In this document: positions 19,661 to 28,126 of the stretch, piece by piece
Numbering within the stretch: position 1 is the first letter of the stretch
How the letters are laid out: each line of letters opens with the position of its first letter
Virus record (IMG/VR): IMGVR_UViG_3300008262_000014
Span: 32,001-96,000 of that record
Origin: a virus
DNA length: 64,000 nucleotides
Direction: 5' to 3' (one strand)
Notes under the pieces: model-generated
Database searches by the model: none
The model's input: only the letters and a program-made list of their open reading frames with translations
What the model was told of the DNA's origin: nothing
Position numbers and translations under genes: made by a program

Positions 19661-20290
19661 TTATTTTTTTAACTTTATTTTCCAGTAGATGCCAGCTTGT
19701 ATAGATGTGGTAAAGTTATTATTTAAACCAATACCTATACTATACATGTTTTCGGATTTTGTTTTCAAAACTAGAGTAGGTCCGAAATAATTAAAACCAA
19801 CTTTTCTGTCTGCCCCAATTATTCCTCCAACATATATTTGATTTTTAGGTAATTCTTTAATAAAAATACTATCCTTTATTGTAATTTGGTTTATTTCGGA
19901 CTTAAACTTTCTACCAATAATTTTATTTTTTTGGATAGTATCTGTTAAGGTTACCATACCTAAACTATCTTCTAATTTTATCGTGTCTTTGTATACATAC
20001 TTAGCATAGTAATCTCTTAATATTTCCGTAGTATCTACGTCCTGCGGTACGTCAACATATATTGGTCTGTCGACGTAAATTGTTTCACCTGGTTTGTATA
20101 ATGTTTTTGTTTTGGTAATGTACTGTGTATCAGTAATTCTTTTAATTACCTCGTATTTTTTACCATCGACCTTTATAACCTCACCCGGTACTGGATTAGG
20201 TTTAGGTGTACACATTTTAAGTAGGAGAATAACAATAAGTAAGACAGCAATCAATAGTGTTTTAAAGTCTAATTTAAGTATACCTTTCAT
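19661..20290 (-). CDS. Membrane-anchored protein with C-terminal beta strands (spanin-like/envelope candidate)
   Basis: N-terminal hydrophobic helix ending in Cys; DT repeats; C-terminal amphipathic strands ending GIYWKI. Confidence 0.5.
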   Translation of the reverse strand: MKGILKLDFKTLLIAVLLIVILLLKMCTPKPNPVPGEVIKVDGKKYEVIKRITDTQYITKTKTLYKPGETIYVDRPIYVDVPQDVDTTEILRDYYAKYVYKDTIKLEDSLGMVTLTDTIQKNKIIGRKFKSEINQITIKDSIFIKELPKNQIYVGGIIGADRKVGFNYFGPTLVLKTKSENMYSIGIGLNNNFTTSIQAGIYWKIKLKK

Positions 20291-20327
20291 ATATTTTTTT
20301 ATAATAAATATATGAAAGATAAATTCT

Positions 20328-21002
20328 CTATTTCTTTTTATTTATGATTTCATCGATTATACCATATTTTAATGATTCTTCAGCGGATAACCAAAGATCT
20401 CTACTGGCATCCTTTAATACTTGTTTTGGTGATTTGTTACAATATTGACCCAATAAATCAAATAAAACTTGATTTATTTTTTTCCATTCATTCATATCTA
20501 TTTCAGCATCTTGAATATTTCCACGAAATCCCCCACTAGATTGATGTAACATAGTTCTAGAAAATCTTAATGACCCTCTTTTACCCTTAGTTCCCGCACC
20601 AAGTAGAACAGACCCCATGGATGCTGCCATACCTGTGTTTATTGTTCTAATTTCGGATTTAATGTAATCCATCACATCAACCATAGATAAACCTGATTTT
20701 ACACTACCGCCAGGACTATCTATATGCATTGTAATGTCATTATTGTCAATACTATCCAAGAACATAAGTTGTGCTTGTACAACCGTGGACATATGGTCAT
20801 TGACTTCACCTGCAACCCATATAATACGTTCCATCATTAATCTTGAAAATACGTCCATCGCGGTTACATTCATTTGTCTTTCCTCAAGAATGTATGGGGT
20901 TAGACTGTTCTCAATTTTTTTGTTGTAATAGTGTAAATTCAAGGAACTTACACCGTGGTCTTTAGCGTAAAGACCAAAACTTTTGTGATCTTTTGGGGTC
21001 AT
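20328..21002 (-). CDS. clpP: ATP-dependent Clp protease proteolytic subunit
   Basis: DVFSRLMMERII, IDSPGGSV, GMAASMG (catalytic Ser), MLHQ, RDLWLSAEESLKYGIIDEI. Confidence 0.95.
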   Translation of the reverse strand: MTPKDHKSFGLYAKDHGVSSLNLHYYNKKIENSLTPYILEERQMNVTAMDVFSRLMMERIIWVAGEVNDHMSTVVQAQLMFLDSIDNNDITMHIDSPGGSVKSGLSMVDVMDYIKSEIRTINTGMAASMGSVLLGAGTKGKRGSLRFSRTMLHQSSGGFRGNIQDAEIDMNEWKKINQVLFDLLGQYCNKSPKQVLKDASRDLWLSAEESLKYGIIDEIINKKK

Positions 21003-21015
21003 AATTATATTTTTT

Positions 21016-21046
21016 CAAATTTAAAAACTAAAATGAGATAAACAAA
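21016..21046 (-). promoter_or_regulatory. Bacteroidota-type promoter upstream of clpP
   Basis: Minus strand TTTG (21046-21043), 19 nt spacer, TAAATTTG (21023-21016). Confidence 0.65.
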
Positions 21047-21051
21047 AAATG

Positions 21052-23385
21052 TTAAGAAATTTTTGTTGTTACATATTCAATCGAGGATATGTTTTCCTCT
21101 TTTTTGATCATAACAATATTGTCTGACCAATTTCTAATCAGGGGATTATGTGATATAACAAAAATATGTTGAAAATAATTTTTTATTTTTTTGAAAAATT
21201 CCCCTACCATTTCTAAATTATCATCCGCAATTTTACCAAAAACTTCATCCATTACGACTATATTTGGTTTTGGTAAAGAAGATACTTTAGTTAACACACT
21301 TCTTATCGCTAAAGAAGATACTGTTTTTTCATAACCAGATCCACTTGATAATGGTTTAACTACCCTTGTTTCATTGTCGATCATTAAAAATTCTAATTCA
21401 TTTTTATCATTAATGTTTAATTCCAATGTGAAATGACAGCTATCCGATAATAACCTATGTAATTCTTGGTTTAATAATGGAATCATATTTTTAATAATAA
21501 CTTTTGATATACCATTTTTCCCATATATTGCCAAATATATTTTAAAAACAGAAATTAATTCTTCTTCTGATTTTATTTTTAATATTAAATCATTATTTAT
21601 TACTATTTTTTCTTCTAAATTTTTAATGTTATTTGTTTCTCTCTCAATATTAGTGGTGATTTGCCTTATATCACCATTGGTAGTTTCTATTTGTGTTTTG
21701 AAAAAAATAACCTCAGAATCTATTTTTTTATTTTCCTCCAGTTTATTTTTATTACTCTCGTATATTGATAATTTATTTTCTTTAGAGTCTATTTCTAATT
21801 GTTTTTGTCCGACATCTAATTCGTGCTTTGCTTTACGTAATTTATTCCTTTCATATTCGTCGTATTCTTTTTTTAAATCACTAAAAACAATTTCTTCTTT
21901 TTGTAATTCACTTAATTTTATTTGATATTGATCTTCTTTTTCTTTTAATTCTTCAATTAACTTTTTCAAGTTATTAATTTCATCTGTATGATCAACTTCT
22001 TCTAATTGTCTTTTACATGTTGGACAAATACTACCTTCTTCAAACTGTTTTATTAAATTTTCATTTCTTTTTATATTGTCAATATTTAATTTTTTTTCTA
22101 CTTTTAAATCATTTATTTCTGAAACCAATTTTTCATGATCTTCTTCTAAATAATATTTATAGGGTTCTGTCACATTTATACTTTCCGTTAATTTTTCGAA
22201 CTCTTCTTTTTTCTTTTTTAATTCATTTATTTCTTTATTTAAGACATCTGGGTTAATCTTAATTAAATCTTGATCTATATCGTTATTTCTTTTCTTTAAA
22301 AGATTTTCTCTATCATCTTCTAATTTTTTTAATTTTTTCTCTATTTTTTTTAATTCATTTTTTAAACGAATAATTTCAGATTTTGATTTTTCAATATCAT
22401 CATTATGTGATATATTTTTATTTTCAAGATCAATAATATTATTCGTGTTTGAAATTAATTTTTTGGACCAATCATTGTAAATTGTTTTACATATTTCTTC
22501 TTTTTGTTTTAAATTTTCAAGTCCTAAAAATTTTGTAAGTATTTGACCTCTAGCAGTTGGTTTAGATTCGATTAATTCTTCTAAGTTATTTCCTGTAGTT
22601 AGAATTGTGGATAAAAAGTCCTCTTCTGTACCAATTGCGGATACGATAATTTGTTCTGTTTCTCTTCTTTGTTCACCAGACAAATTTTTTATTGTACCGT
22701 CTTCAGATATTTTAGAAAAATCTAAATCATTTTTTACAGTATATTCCCCCGATTTATTCTTTTTTCTTGATACAGTTCTGGTTATGACATATTCGTCACC
22801 ATCAATAACGACATGTCCTTTTACTTTAACATCATCAACATCACTAAATTTATTAAAAACTTCGATATTTGTTTTTGTTTTAGTTGTTGAATTGAAAAAC
22901 AAAAACATTAATAAATCAACTGTTGCAGTAGTTTTACCACCAAAATTTCTCGGGGTAGATTCAATGACAGTGATACCATTTAATTCTTTAAAATCAATAA
23001 CATTGTTTTCACCAAATGAAAGAAAATTAGAAAATTCAATTTTTTTAATAAACCATTTATTGTATCTTACTTTGTCTTGATTTAATTTATCAATTTGAGA
23101 ATTTACTTTATTGTCTAATCTATCAATTAATTCCCATTTAATATTAATATTATTTTCTTTAATAAAATCTTTTACTATTTTTTTTTGGTATTCAAAATCT
23201 AAAATATTATCAGATACTTCTAATGATTTTAATTTAGTTTTAGAATCACTTATTGCAATTTTAGTAACAATTTTTACATTTGTTGAGTTATATTTTTTTT
23301 CAAAATATGACTTAACTCTTTTAATTCTTTCTTGTGTTAAATTTTCGGGAGTATCTTCCCAATCGACCTTTATAAATGGATTCAT
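21052..23385 (-). CDS. sbcC: SbcC/Rad50 (T4 gp46-like) recombination ATPase
   Basis: IEFSNFLSFG, Walker A NFGGKTT, coiled coil with CPTC zinc hook, signature LSSGSGYE, Walker B VMDEVFG, ISHN. Confidence 0.9.
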   Translation of the reverse strand: MNPFIKVDWEDTPENLTQERIKRVKSYFEKKYNSTNVKIVTKIAISDSKTKLKSLEVSDNILDFEYQKKIVKDFIKENNINIKWELIDRLDNKVNSQIDKLNQDKVRYNKWFIKKIEFSNFLSFGENNVIDFKELNGITVIESTPRNFGGKTTATVDLLMFLFFNSTTKTKTNIEVFNKFSDVDDVKVKGHVVIDGDEYVITRTVSRKKNKSGEYTVKNDLDFSKISEDGTIKNLSGEQRRETEQIIVSAIGTEEDFLSTILTTGNNLEELIESKPTARGQILTKFLGLENLKQKEEICKTIYNDWSKKLISNTNNIIDLENKNISHNDDIEKSKSEIIRLKNELKKIEKKLKKLEDDRENLLKKRNNDIDQDLIKINPDVLNKEINELKKKKEEFEKLTESINVTEPYKYYLEEDHEKLVSEINDLKVEKKLNIDNIKRNENLIKQFEEGSICPTCKRQLEEVDHTDEINNLKKLIEELKEKEDQYQIKLSELQKEEIVFSDLKKEYDEYERNKLRKAKHELDVGQKQLEIDSKENKLSIYESNKNKLEENKKIDSEVIFFKTQIETTNGDIRQITTNIERETNNIKNLEEKIVINNDLILKIKSEEELISVFKIYLAIYGKNGISKVIIKNMIPLLNQELHRLLSDSCHFTLELNINDKNELEFLMIDNETRVVKPLSSGSGYEKTVSSLAIRSVLTKVSSLPKPNIVVMDEVFGKIADDNLEMVGEFFKKIKNYFQHIFVISHNPLIRNWSDNIVMIKKEENISSIEYVTTKIS

Positions 23386-24041
23386 TTTTTCTTATTTAAG
23401 AAATTTTCTCTTTTTTTTGTATAGTTTTGAACAAATTCTTCGTAAAATTTTGGATCTTCAAATGTAGTATTTTTAATCCAAATACCATCAACTAATGTGT
23501 AAAAATGTACATCTTTTAATTCCCAACACATCCAATCTTCTGGAGTTTTATTTCCATTATTGTCTACTTTAAAAATAGTATCAGGACTCCATCGACATAA
23601 ATCAGATATTTTTTTCTTATATACCTCATAATCAACAAAGAAAAATTCGGTAAAATCAAAATTAAATCTCAATAGTGAATTATATTCATAATCAGGGTGG
23701 TGGTATGTTTTTAAATTCCCAGTATCGGTTACCCAATCAAAATATTTATTAAAATATTTTTCTTTTCTTGCGGGGAAATTTGCGGTTGGATATGGTAAAG
23801 TATATTTATTAAAATTAGACGGATCTTGGTCTCTATATGATCCCTTCCATTTACCTTCTTCAACATCACACCCACCACGTCGATTTACATGTAGTAAATC
23901 TATTTTAAATTTTTTTGTATTAGATATTAAATCCCAATTAAAAATTTGTTTTAATGCACGTATTCCGTTTTCTCGACCAATATCATCAATAGTACTAACT
24001 TTTTCATTTGTATGGCGACAAGCACCAACTAAATTACCCAT
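23382..24041 (-). CDS. Hypothetical protein, possible PD-(D/E)xK-like nuclease
   Basis: 219 aa; FKIDLL..CDVEEGKW resembles a restriction-fold core; inserted between sbcD and sbcC. Confidence 0.45.
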   Translation of the reverse strand: MGNLVGACRHTNEKVSTIDDIGRENGIRALKQIFNWDLISNTKKFKIDLLHVNRRGGCDVEEGKWKGSYRDQDPSNFNKYTLPYPTANFPARKEKYFNKYFDWVTDTGNLKTYHHPDYEYNSLLRFNFDFTEFFFVDYEVYKKKISDLCRWSPDTIFKVDNNGNKTPEDWMCWELKDVHFYTLVDGIWIKNTTFEDPKFYEEFVQNYTKKRENFLNKKK

Positions 24042-24042
24042 T

Positions 24043-24360
24043 TTAATTATTATTTAATCTACTCTCCTCGAAAAATTCTACGATGGAGTTTATTGCCCAA
24101 ACTGAGCCAGCGGTAAACATACCGTCAAAAAATATACATGGTAATGTACTAATTTCAAAAAATTTATTTGTTAATCCACCCAAACATAGTGAAAGAAAAA
24201 ATCCAACCCACGTTGATGTACAAAGAGTGCAACTTATCAGATCACCAAAAAATTTTGATATTCTTTTAATAAAATTTCTTGTTCCTTCAAAAATCGATCC
24301 CCAAACTAATATGGAAGTCATACCATAAGCCATTAATGTCCAAAAAAATAAGTATGTCAT
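24043..24360 (-). CDS. DUF1360-like membrane protein
   Basis: LISCTLCTSTWVG CxxC-W motif between hydrophobic helices. Confidence 0.65.
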   Translation of the reverse strand: MTYLFFWTLMAYGMTSILVWGSIFEGTRNFIKRISKFFGDLISCTLCTSTWVGFFLSLCLGGLTNKFFEISTLPCIFFDGMFTAGSVWAINSIVEFFEESRLNNN

Positions 24361-24421
24361 AATTTTATTGTTTTTTTAATTATAAAATAAAAAAATGATA
24401 AAAAAAAATATTTTGCCGAAT

Positions 24422-24748
24422 TTATTCGTCATAAATATCTTTTTCTTTTTTTACTATTTGTTCAGTATTAGGTTTAATTATATTTTCAATTTTTTCTTCT
24501 TGTTCTTTTTCTATTGGTTTTAACCCACTCAAAACCCCGGCATCTTCCCATTTTTTTATTAATTCTTCCTTTGAAAGTATTTCTGGTGGTTCAATTTTTA
24601 TATTCGGTTTATCACCATATTTTAAATATGTAAAACCTTTATTAAAAACTTCTTTAGCAAATTTTTCGATATTAGTAATATTATTCAATTTACAATATTG
24701 AATAAATTCATCATCCAATATTAACGTGTTCTTCTGTTTCATTTTCAA
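24422..24748 (-). CDS. Hypothetical protein
   Basis: 108 aa ORF overlapping the sbcD 3' end. Confidence 0.6.
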   Translation of the reverse strand: MKMKQKNTLILDDEFIQYCKLNNITNIEKFAKEVFNKGFTYLKYGDKPNIKIEPPEILSKEELIKKWEDAGVLSGLKPIEKEQEEKIENIIKPNTEQIVKKEKDIYDE

Positions 24749-25529
24749 TATCTTTAATATCTTTTATTTTGAAATGTAAAAATGGTTGTTCATTTGGTAA
24801 ATCAAAAAAATCATATTTATCTTTTTTTATATCGTAGACTCCATACCCGTGATGTTTAACTGTTTCACCAAAGTTTTGTTGTATTAAACTACCAATCATA
24901 ACCGCCTTACCACCGTTAGGTAATTTAAATTGTTGTCTTTTATGAATATCACCACATAACAATAAATCAAGATCAACAAAATTCAATCTATCATAGGCAT
25001 CTTCAAATTCAAATCCCAAATCTGTTGATAACCCCTGTATTGGTCCATGAAATAATCCTACCGTTAATTTATTGTCATCTTTTGTAAATTTTGGTTTTTG
25101 ATTATGTTGATATAATGAATATACAACCCAATCAATATTATCATCATAATATACTCCACTATCTTTATAGTATGTTATCCAATCATTATTAAGTAATTCA
25201 ACTACAGGAGAGATACTATCTAATCTTTGTACATTGTTTTCTAAAAAATCATGATTACCTGGTATGATAACTACTTTACCAAAACGAGTTAATTCTTTTA
25301 AAAACCAACTTGTTAACATTAATTGTTCGTTTGAAATGTTAATCTTTTGATGTGCAATATCACCTGTGATGACTACTCTTACATCTAAAGGACCAATGTT
25401 ATCATCATACCAATCCACGACTTTTTTTTGTAAATCTTCTAACAATATTTCAAATTGTTTTTTATATAAATCATGTAATTGAAATGTTCTAATATGTAAA
25501 TCAGAAATGTGTATAATCTTTTTTATCAT
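24711..25529 (-). CDS. sbcD: SbcD/Mre11 (T4 gp47-like) metallophosphoesterase nuclease
   Basis: HISDLH, TGDIAH, PGNHD, FHG, GDIH motifs, GSLIQQNFGE. Confidence 0.88.
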   Translation of the reverse strand: MIKKIIHISDLHIRTFQLHDLYKKQFEILLEDLQKKVVDWYDDNIGPLDVRVVITGDIAHQKINISNEQLMLTSWFLKELTRFGKVVIIPGNHDFLENNVQRLDSISPVVELLNNDWITYYKDSGVYYDDNIDWVVYSLYQHNQKPKFTKDDNKLTVGLFHGPIQGLSTDLGFEFEDAYDRLNFVDLDLLLCGDIHKRQQFKLPNGGKAVMIGSLIQQNFGETVKHHGYGVYDIKKDKYDFFDLPNEQPFLHFKIKDIKDIENETEEHVNIG

Positions 25530-26383
25530 CTTTTAATATATTTTGTTAAATCCAAATCAAATACTTTTTTATTTACATCTTGAGGTACTTTATACTCTAC
25601 AAATGTACCGTCATCTTTCAATAAAACAACAACACATCCAAGTAGTCTTAAGTTTTCATATTTACTACCTTTTAACATTTTAAGGAAAAGTCTAGCATAT
25701 AAAGGTAATTGTAAATAATAATGTCCCAATGCCGTATCGTGGTAATCTTGGAATGGTGAGTACAATTTACCTGTGTAATGTTGTACTTCAAAATTTTTAG
25801 GCTGATTGGTTTTCCAATCGGTGACCACCAACCCATAATCTGTTTTATCTTTATTTAACATTAACCAAAATTTATCTGGTTGTCCTGTGTAACCTAATTC
25901 ATTATCACCTAAAACCATCTCAGTATCTAAAAGTACCGCACCTCTTTCGTGCATTAAATCTAAAAAATTTTTACCAGCCGAAATCATATTATCTCCCTTT
26001 TGAATTTGACTATCGTCACACTCGAATATTGGTTGTCTAACTTCTTTATAATTTCCATATCTTTCGACAAGTTCACTCTCTAACATATAATGAACTCTAC
26101 TACCCATATTAGTTGAGTAATTACCAGTTTCTCTCCATTGTTCTTGTAATTGTTTAGCCGATTCAGGATCACCATTAGACATACGTAACGCGGTACCTTC
26201 GGCATCAAATGGTTTATAGAATTTTTTTATTAATTTAGATACTGAAGGAAAATTACTTCTAATTTTACCTTCGGTGTCCATCATATAATATATGTGTTTT
26301 TCTTCAACAAAAGTTAATTGTATTTCTTTTTGTCTGTTTGAAATAATTTGTTTTATTTCATCAGAAATTTTTTTTAATTCCAT
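25526..26383 (-). CDS. PD-(D/E)xK exonuclease (RecB/Cas4-like phage family)
   Basis: PSVS, GSRVH, GQPD..DWKT, LQLPLY motifs. Confidence 0.8.
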   Translation of the reverse strand: MELKKISDEIKQIISNRQKEIQLTFVEEKHIYYMMDTEGKIRSNFPSVSKLIKKFYKPFDAEGTALRMSNGDPESAKQLQEQWRETGNYSTNMGSRVHYMLESELVERYGNYKEVRQPIFECDDSQIQKGDNMISAGKNFLDLMHERGAVLLDTEMVLGDNELGYTGQPDKFWLMLNKDKTDYGLVVTDWKTNQPKNFEVQHYTGKLYSPFQDYHDTALGHYYLQLPLYARLFLKMLKGSKYENLRLLGCVVVLLKDDGTFVEYKVPQDVNKKVFDLDLTKYIKR

Positions 26384-26384
26384 T

Positions 26385-27326
26385 TTAATCTAATTGATAT
26401 GTTTTATAATCATCTAATTTACCTTCTAAATCTGCAATATCTTTATCCCCGTTAAGTTTTATTACCCAAATTTTACCAAATAATTTTCCACAATTTAATT
26501 TATGATACAACTTTTCGGTATCTAACCAAGCATCTGGATCTAAAACAATTATTATTTTTTTTGCCTTTTCGTATAATAAATTAAATAATCTTTGACTCAT
26601 AAATTTACCTAACATGGGAATTGAATTAGGTAGAAATAAACTATCAAAAACACCCTCAACAATATATACGGGTTCTTCCCAATTTATCAAGTGTTCGTTC
26701 CATATTATTGTTTCTTTTTGTGCACTTGGATTTTTATATTTTAATTTAGTATTAGATAGATATGATCTGGCAATAAAATAATTAACCATATCATTTTCAT
26801 CATAAGATGGTATTATTATTCTATTTGAATATGGACCATCTTTACAAAATCCTATATTATATTTTGAAATTATTTCATCAGTAACATTTCTCTTTTTTAA
26901 ATAATTTATCGCCTGTTTATAATCTGGAGTTAATTTAAATCCTTTAGATACGTTTTTTATCGTAATAAATTCTTTAGGTAATTTTACTCTTTTATGTACA
27001 ACGTTTTTAAAATTTTCAACCTCGTCTGGTTTTAATAAAAGGTATTTTTTTAATTGTTTGGGTGTACCAAATTTTTTTATTAATTTATATATTGATCCAT
27101 GCGTTTCATTTGTTTCACTACAAACCCAACATTTATAAACTGAATATTTGTAATTTACCTCAAAATTACCTTTACCATCCCCTTCATCTAAACCTTTTAT
27201 CTCATAAGAGCAAACAGGACAATCAAATGTCATTTGACATTTATAATCATTATGTGATCGATATTCACCAAGAATATCCTCAAGAATTTCTACTATTGGT
27301 TCATATTGAACATCGACACTAATCAT
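26385..27326 (-). CDS. dnaG: DNA primase (zinc finger plus TOPRIM)
   Basis: CPVC..CWVC zinc finger; RIIIP..ARSY..KYKNP; VEGVFD; LDPD; KDIAD; probable start MISVDV at 27326. Confidence 0.88.
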   Translation of the reverse strand: MISVDVQYEPIVEILEDILGEYRSHNDYKCQMTFDCPVCSYEIKGLDEGDGKGNFEVNYKYSVYKCWVCSETNETHGSIYKLIKKFGTPKQLKKYLLLKPDEVENFKNVVHKRVKLPKEFITIKNVSKGFKLTPDYKQAINYLKKRNVTDEIISKYNIGFCKDGPYSNRIIIPSYDENDMVNYFIARSYLSNTKLKYKNPSAQKETIIWNEHLINWEEPVYIVEGVFDSLFLPNSIPMLGKFMSQRLFNLLYEKAKKIIIVLDPDAWLDTEKLYHKLNCGKLFGKIWVIKLNGDKDIADLEGKLDDYKTYQLD

Positions 27327-27354
27327 TTTATAATGATAAGAAAAAAAAATGATA

Positions 27355-27430
27355 AAAAAAAATCCCCCAGATACACCACATCTGAGGGATAACACCAACC
27401 AACGTATATTTCTATACGTCCCGTCTTAAT
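27355..27430 (-). ncRNA. Candidate small structured RNA / attenuator (GAAA-capped hairpin plus intrinsic terminator)
   Basis: GACGUAUA-GAAA-UAUACGUU hairpin, GGUUGGUGUU linker, AUCCCUCAGAU-GUGGUGU-AUCUGGGGGAU hairpin plus U-run; TATTTAT motif at 27451-27457 upstream. Confidence 0.5.
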
Positions 27431-27481
27431 ATTAAAATATATAAAAAAACATAAATAGTAAAATATATTTTGCCGGATTTT

Positions 27482-28087
27482 TTATTTACCCTGTGATTTA
27501 ATCATATTGACATAACCAATTACTGCAGTTGCGGCATCGCTCATATCGTAATTTTCTTTTTTTAGTTTACCATTTTTGTCATAAATCCATTTAACATCAT
27601 GACATACGGCATTTACATGATCCCAAATAACTTGTTTTTTATCAATATCTTTAGGATATCCACCAAATAAAACTTTATTACCTTTAGTATTTTTACCAAC
27701 TAGATCAGGAAACGCAAATTTTCTTGCATTATATGTTGATATAAATGTTGGTACAATTTCTAAAGTATCGTAAACAATTTTACAAATCATTGTATTATAT
27801 CTTAATAAAGTTTGTACGGTATAGATGTTATTAGAATTTAATAATGGTTCTTCAATAATAACTCGAAGAATTCCCATATTTTTATATGCTTCCAAATGTT
27901 TTTTGAAGGCGTCAGATTTTTTTAACAATTCCTCTAATTTATCATCAGGTTGTGGTTTTATTTTGGGTGAAAAATGTGTTAATTCTAATAATTTAGAACC
28001 TGTTAAATCAAACAATGCCCATCCAATTGTTTTTGTTGAAATATCTAACCCTAATATTTTGGGTGTATTTTTTAATTTTACATTCAT
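27482..28087 (-). CDS. ruvC: RuvC-like Holliday junction resolvase
   Basis: ILGLDISTKTIGWA, VIIEEP, DMSDA acidic triad of the RNase H fold. Confidence 0.8.
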   Translation of the reverse strand: MNVKLKNTPKILGLDISTKTIGWALFDLTGSKLLELTHFSPKIKPQPDDKLEELLKKSDAFKKHLEAYKNMGILRVIIEEPLLNSNNIYTVQTLLRYNTMICKIVYDTLEIVPTFISTYNARKFAFPDLVGKNTKGNKVLFGGYPKDIDKKQVIWDHVNAVCHDVKWIYDKNGKLKKENYDMSDAATAVIGYVNMIKSQGK

Positions 28088-28126
28088 AGAACAATATATA
28101 CGTGATATTTTTAGAAATGTAAATAG

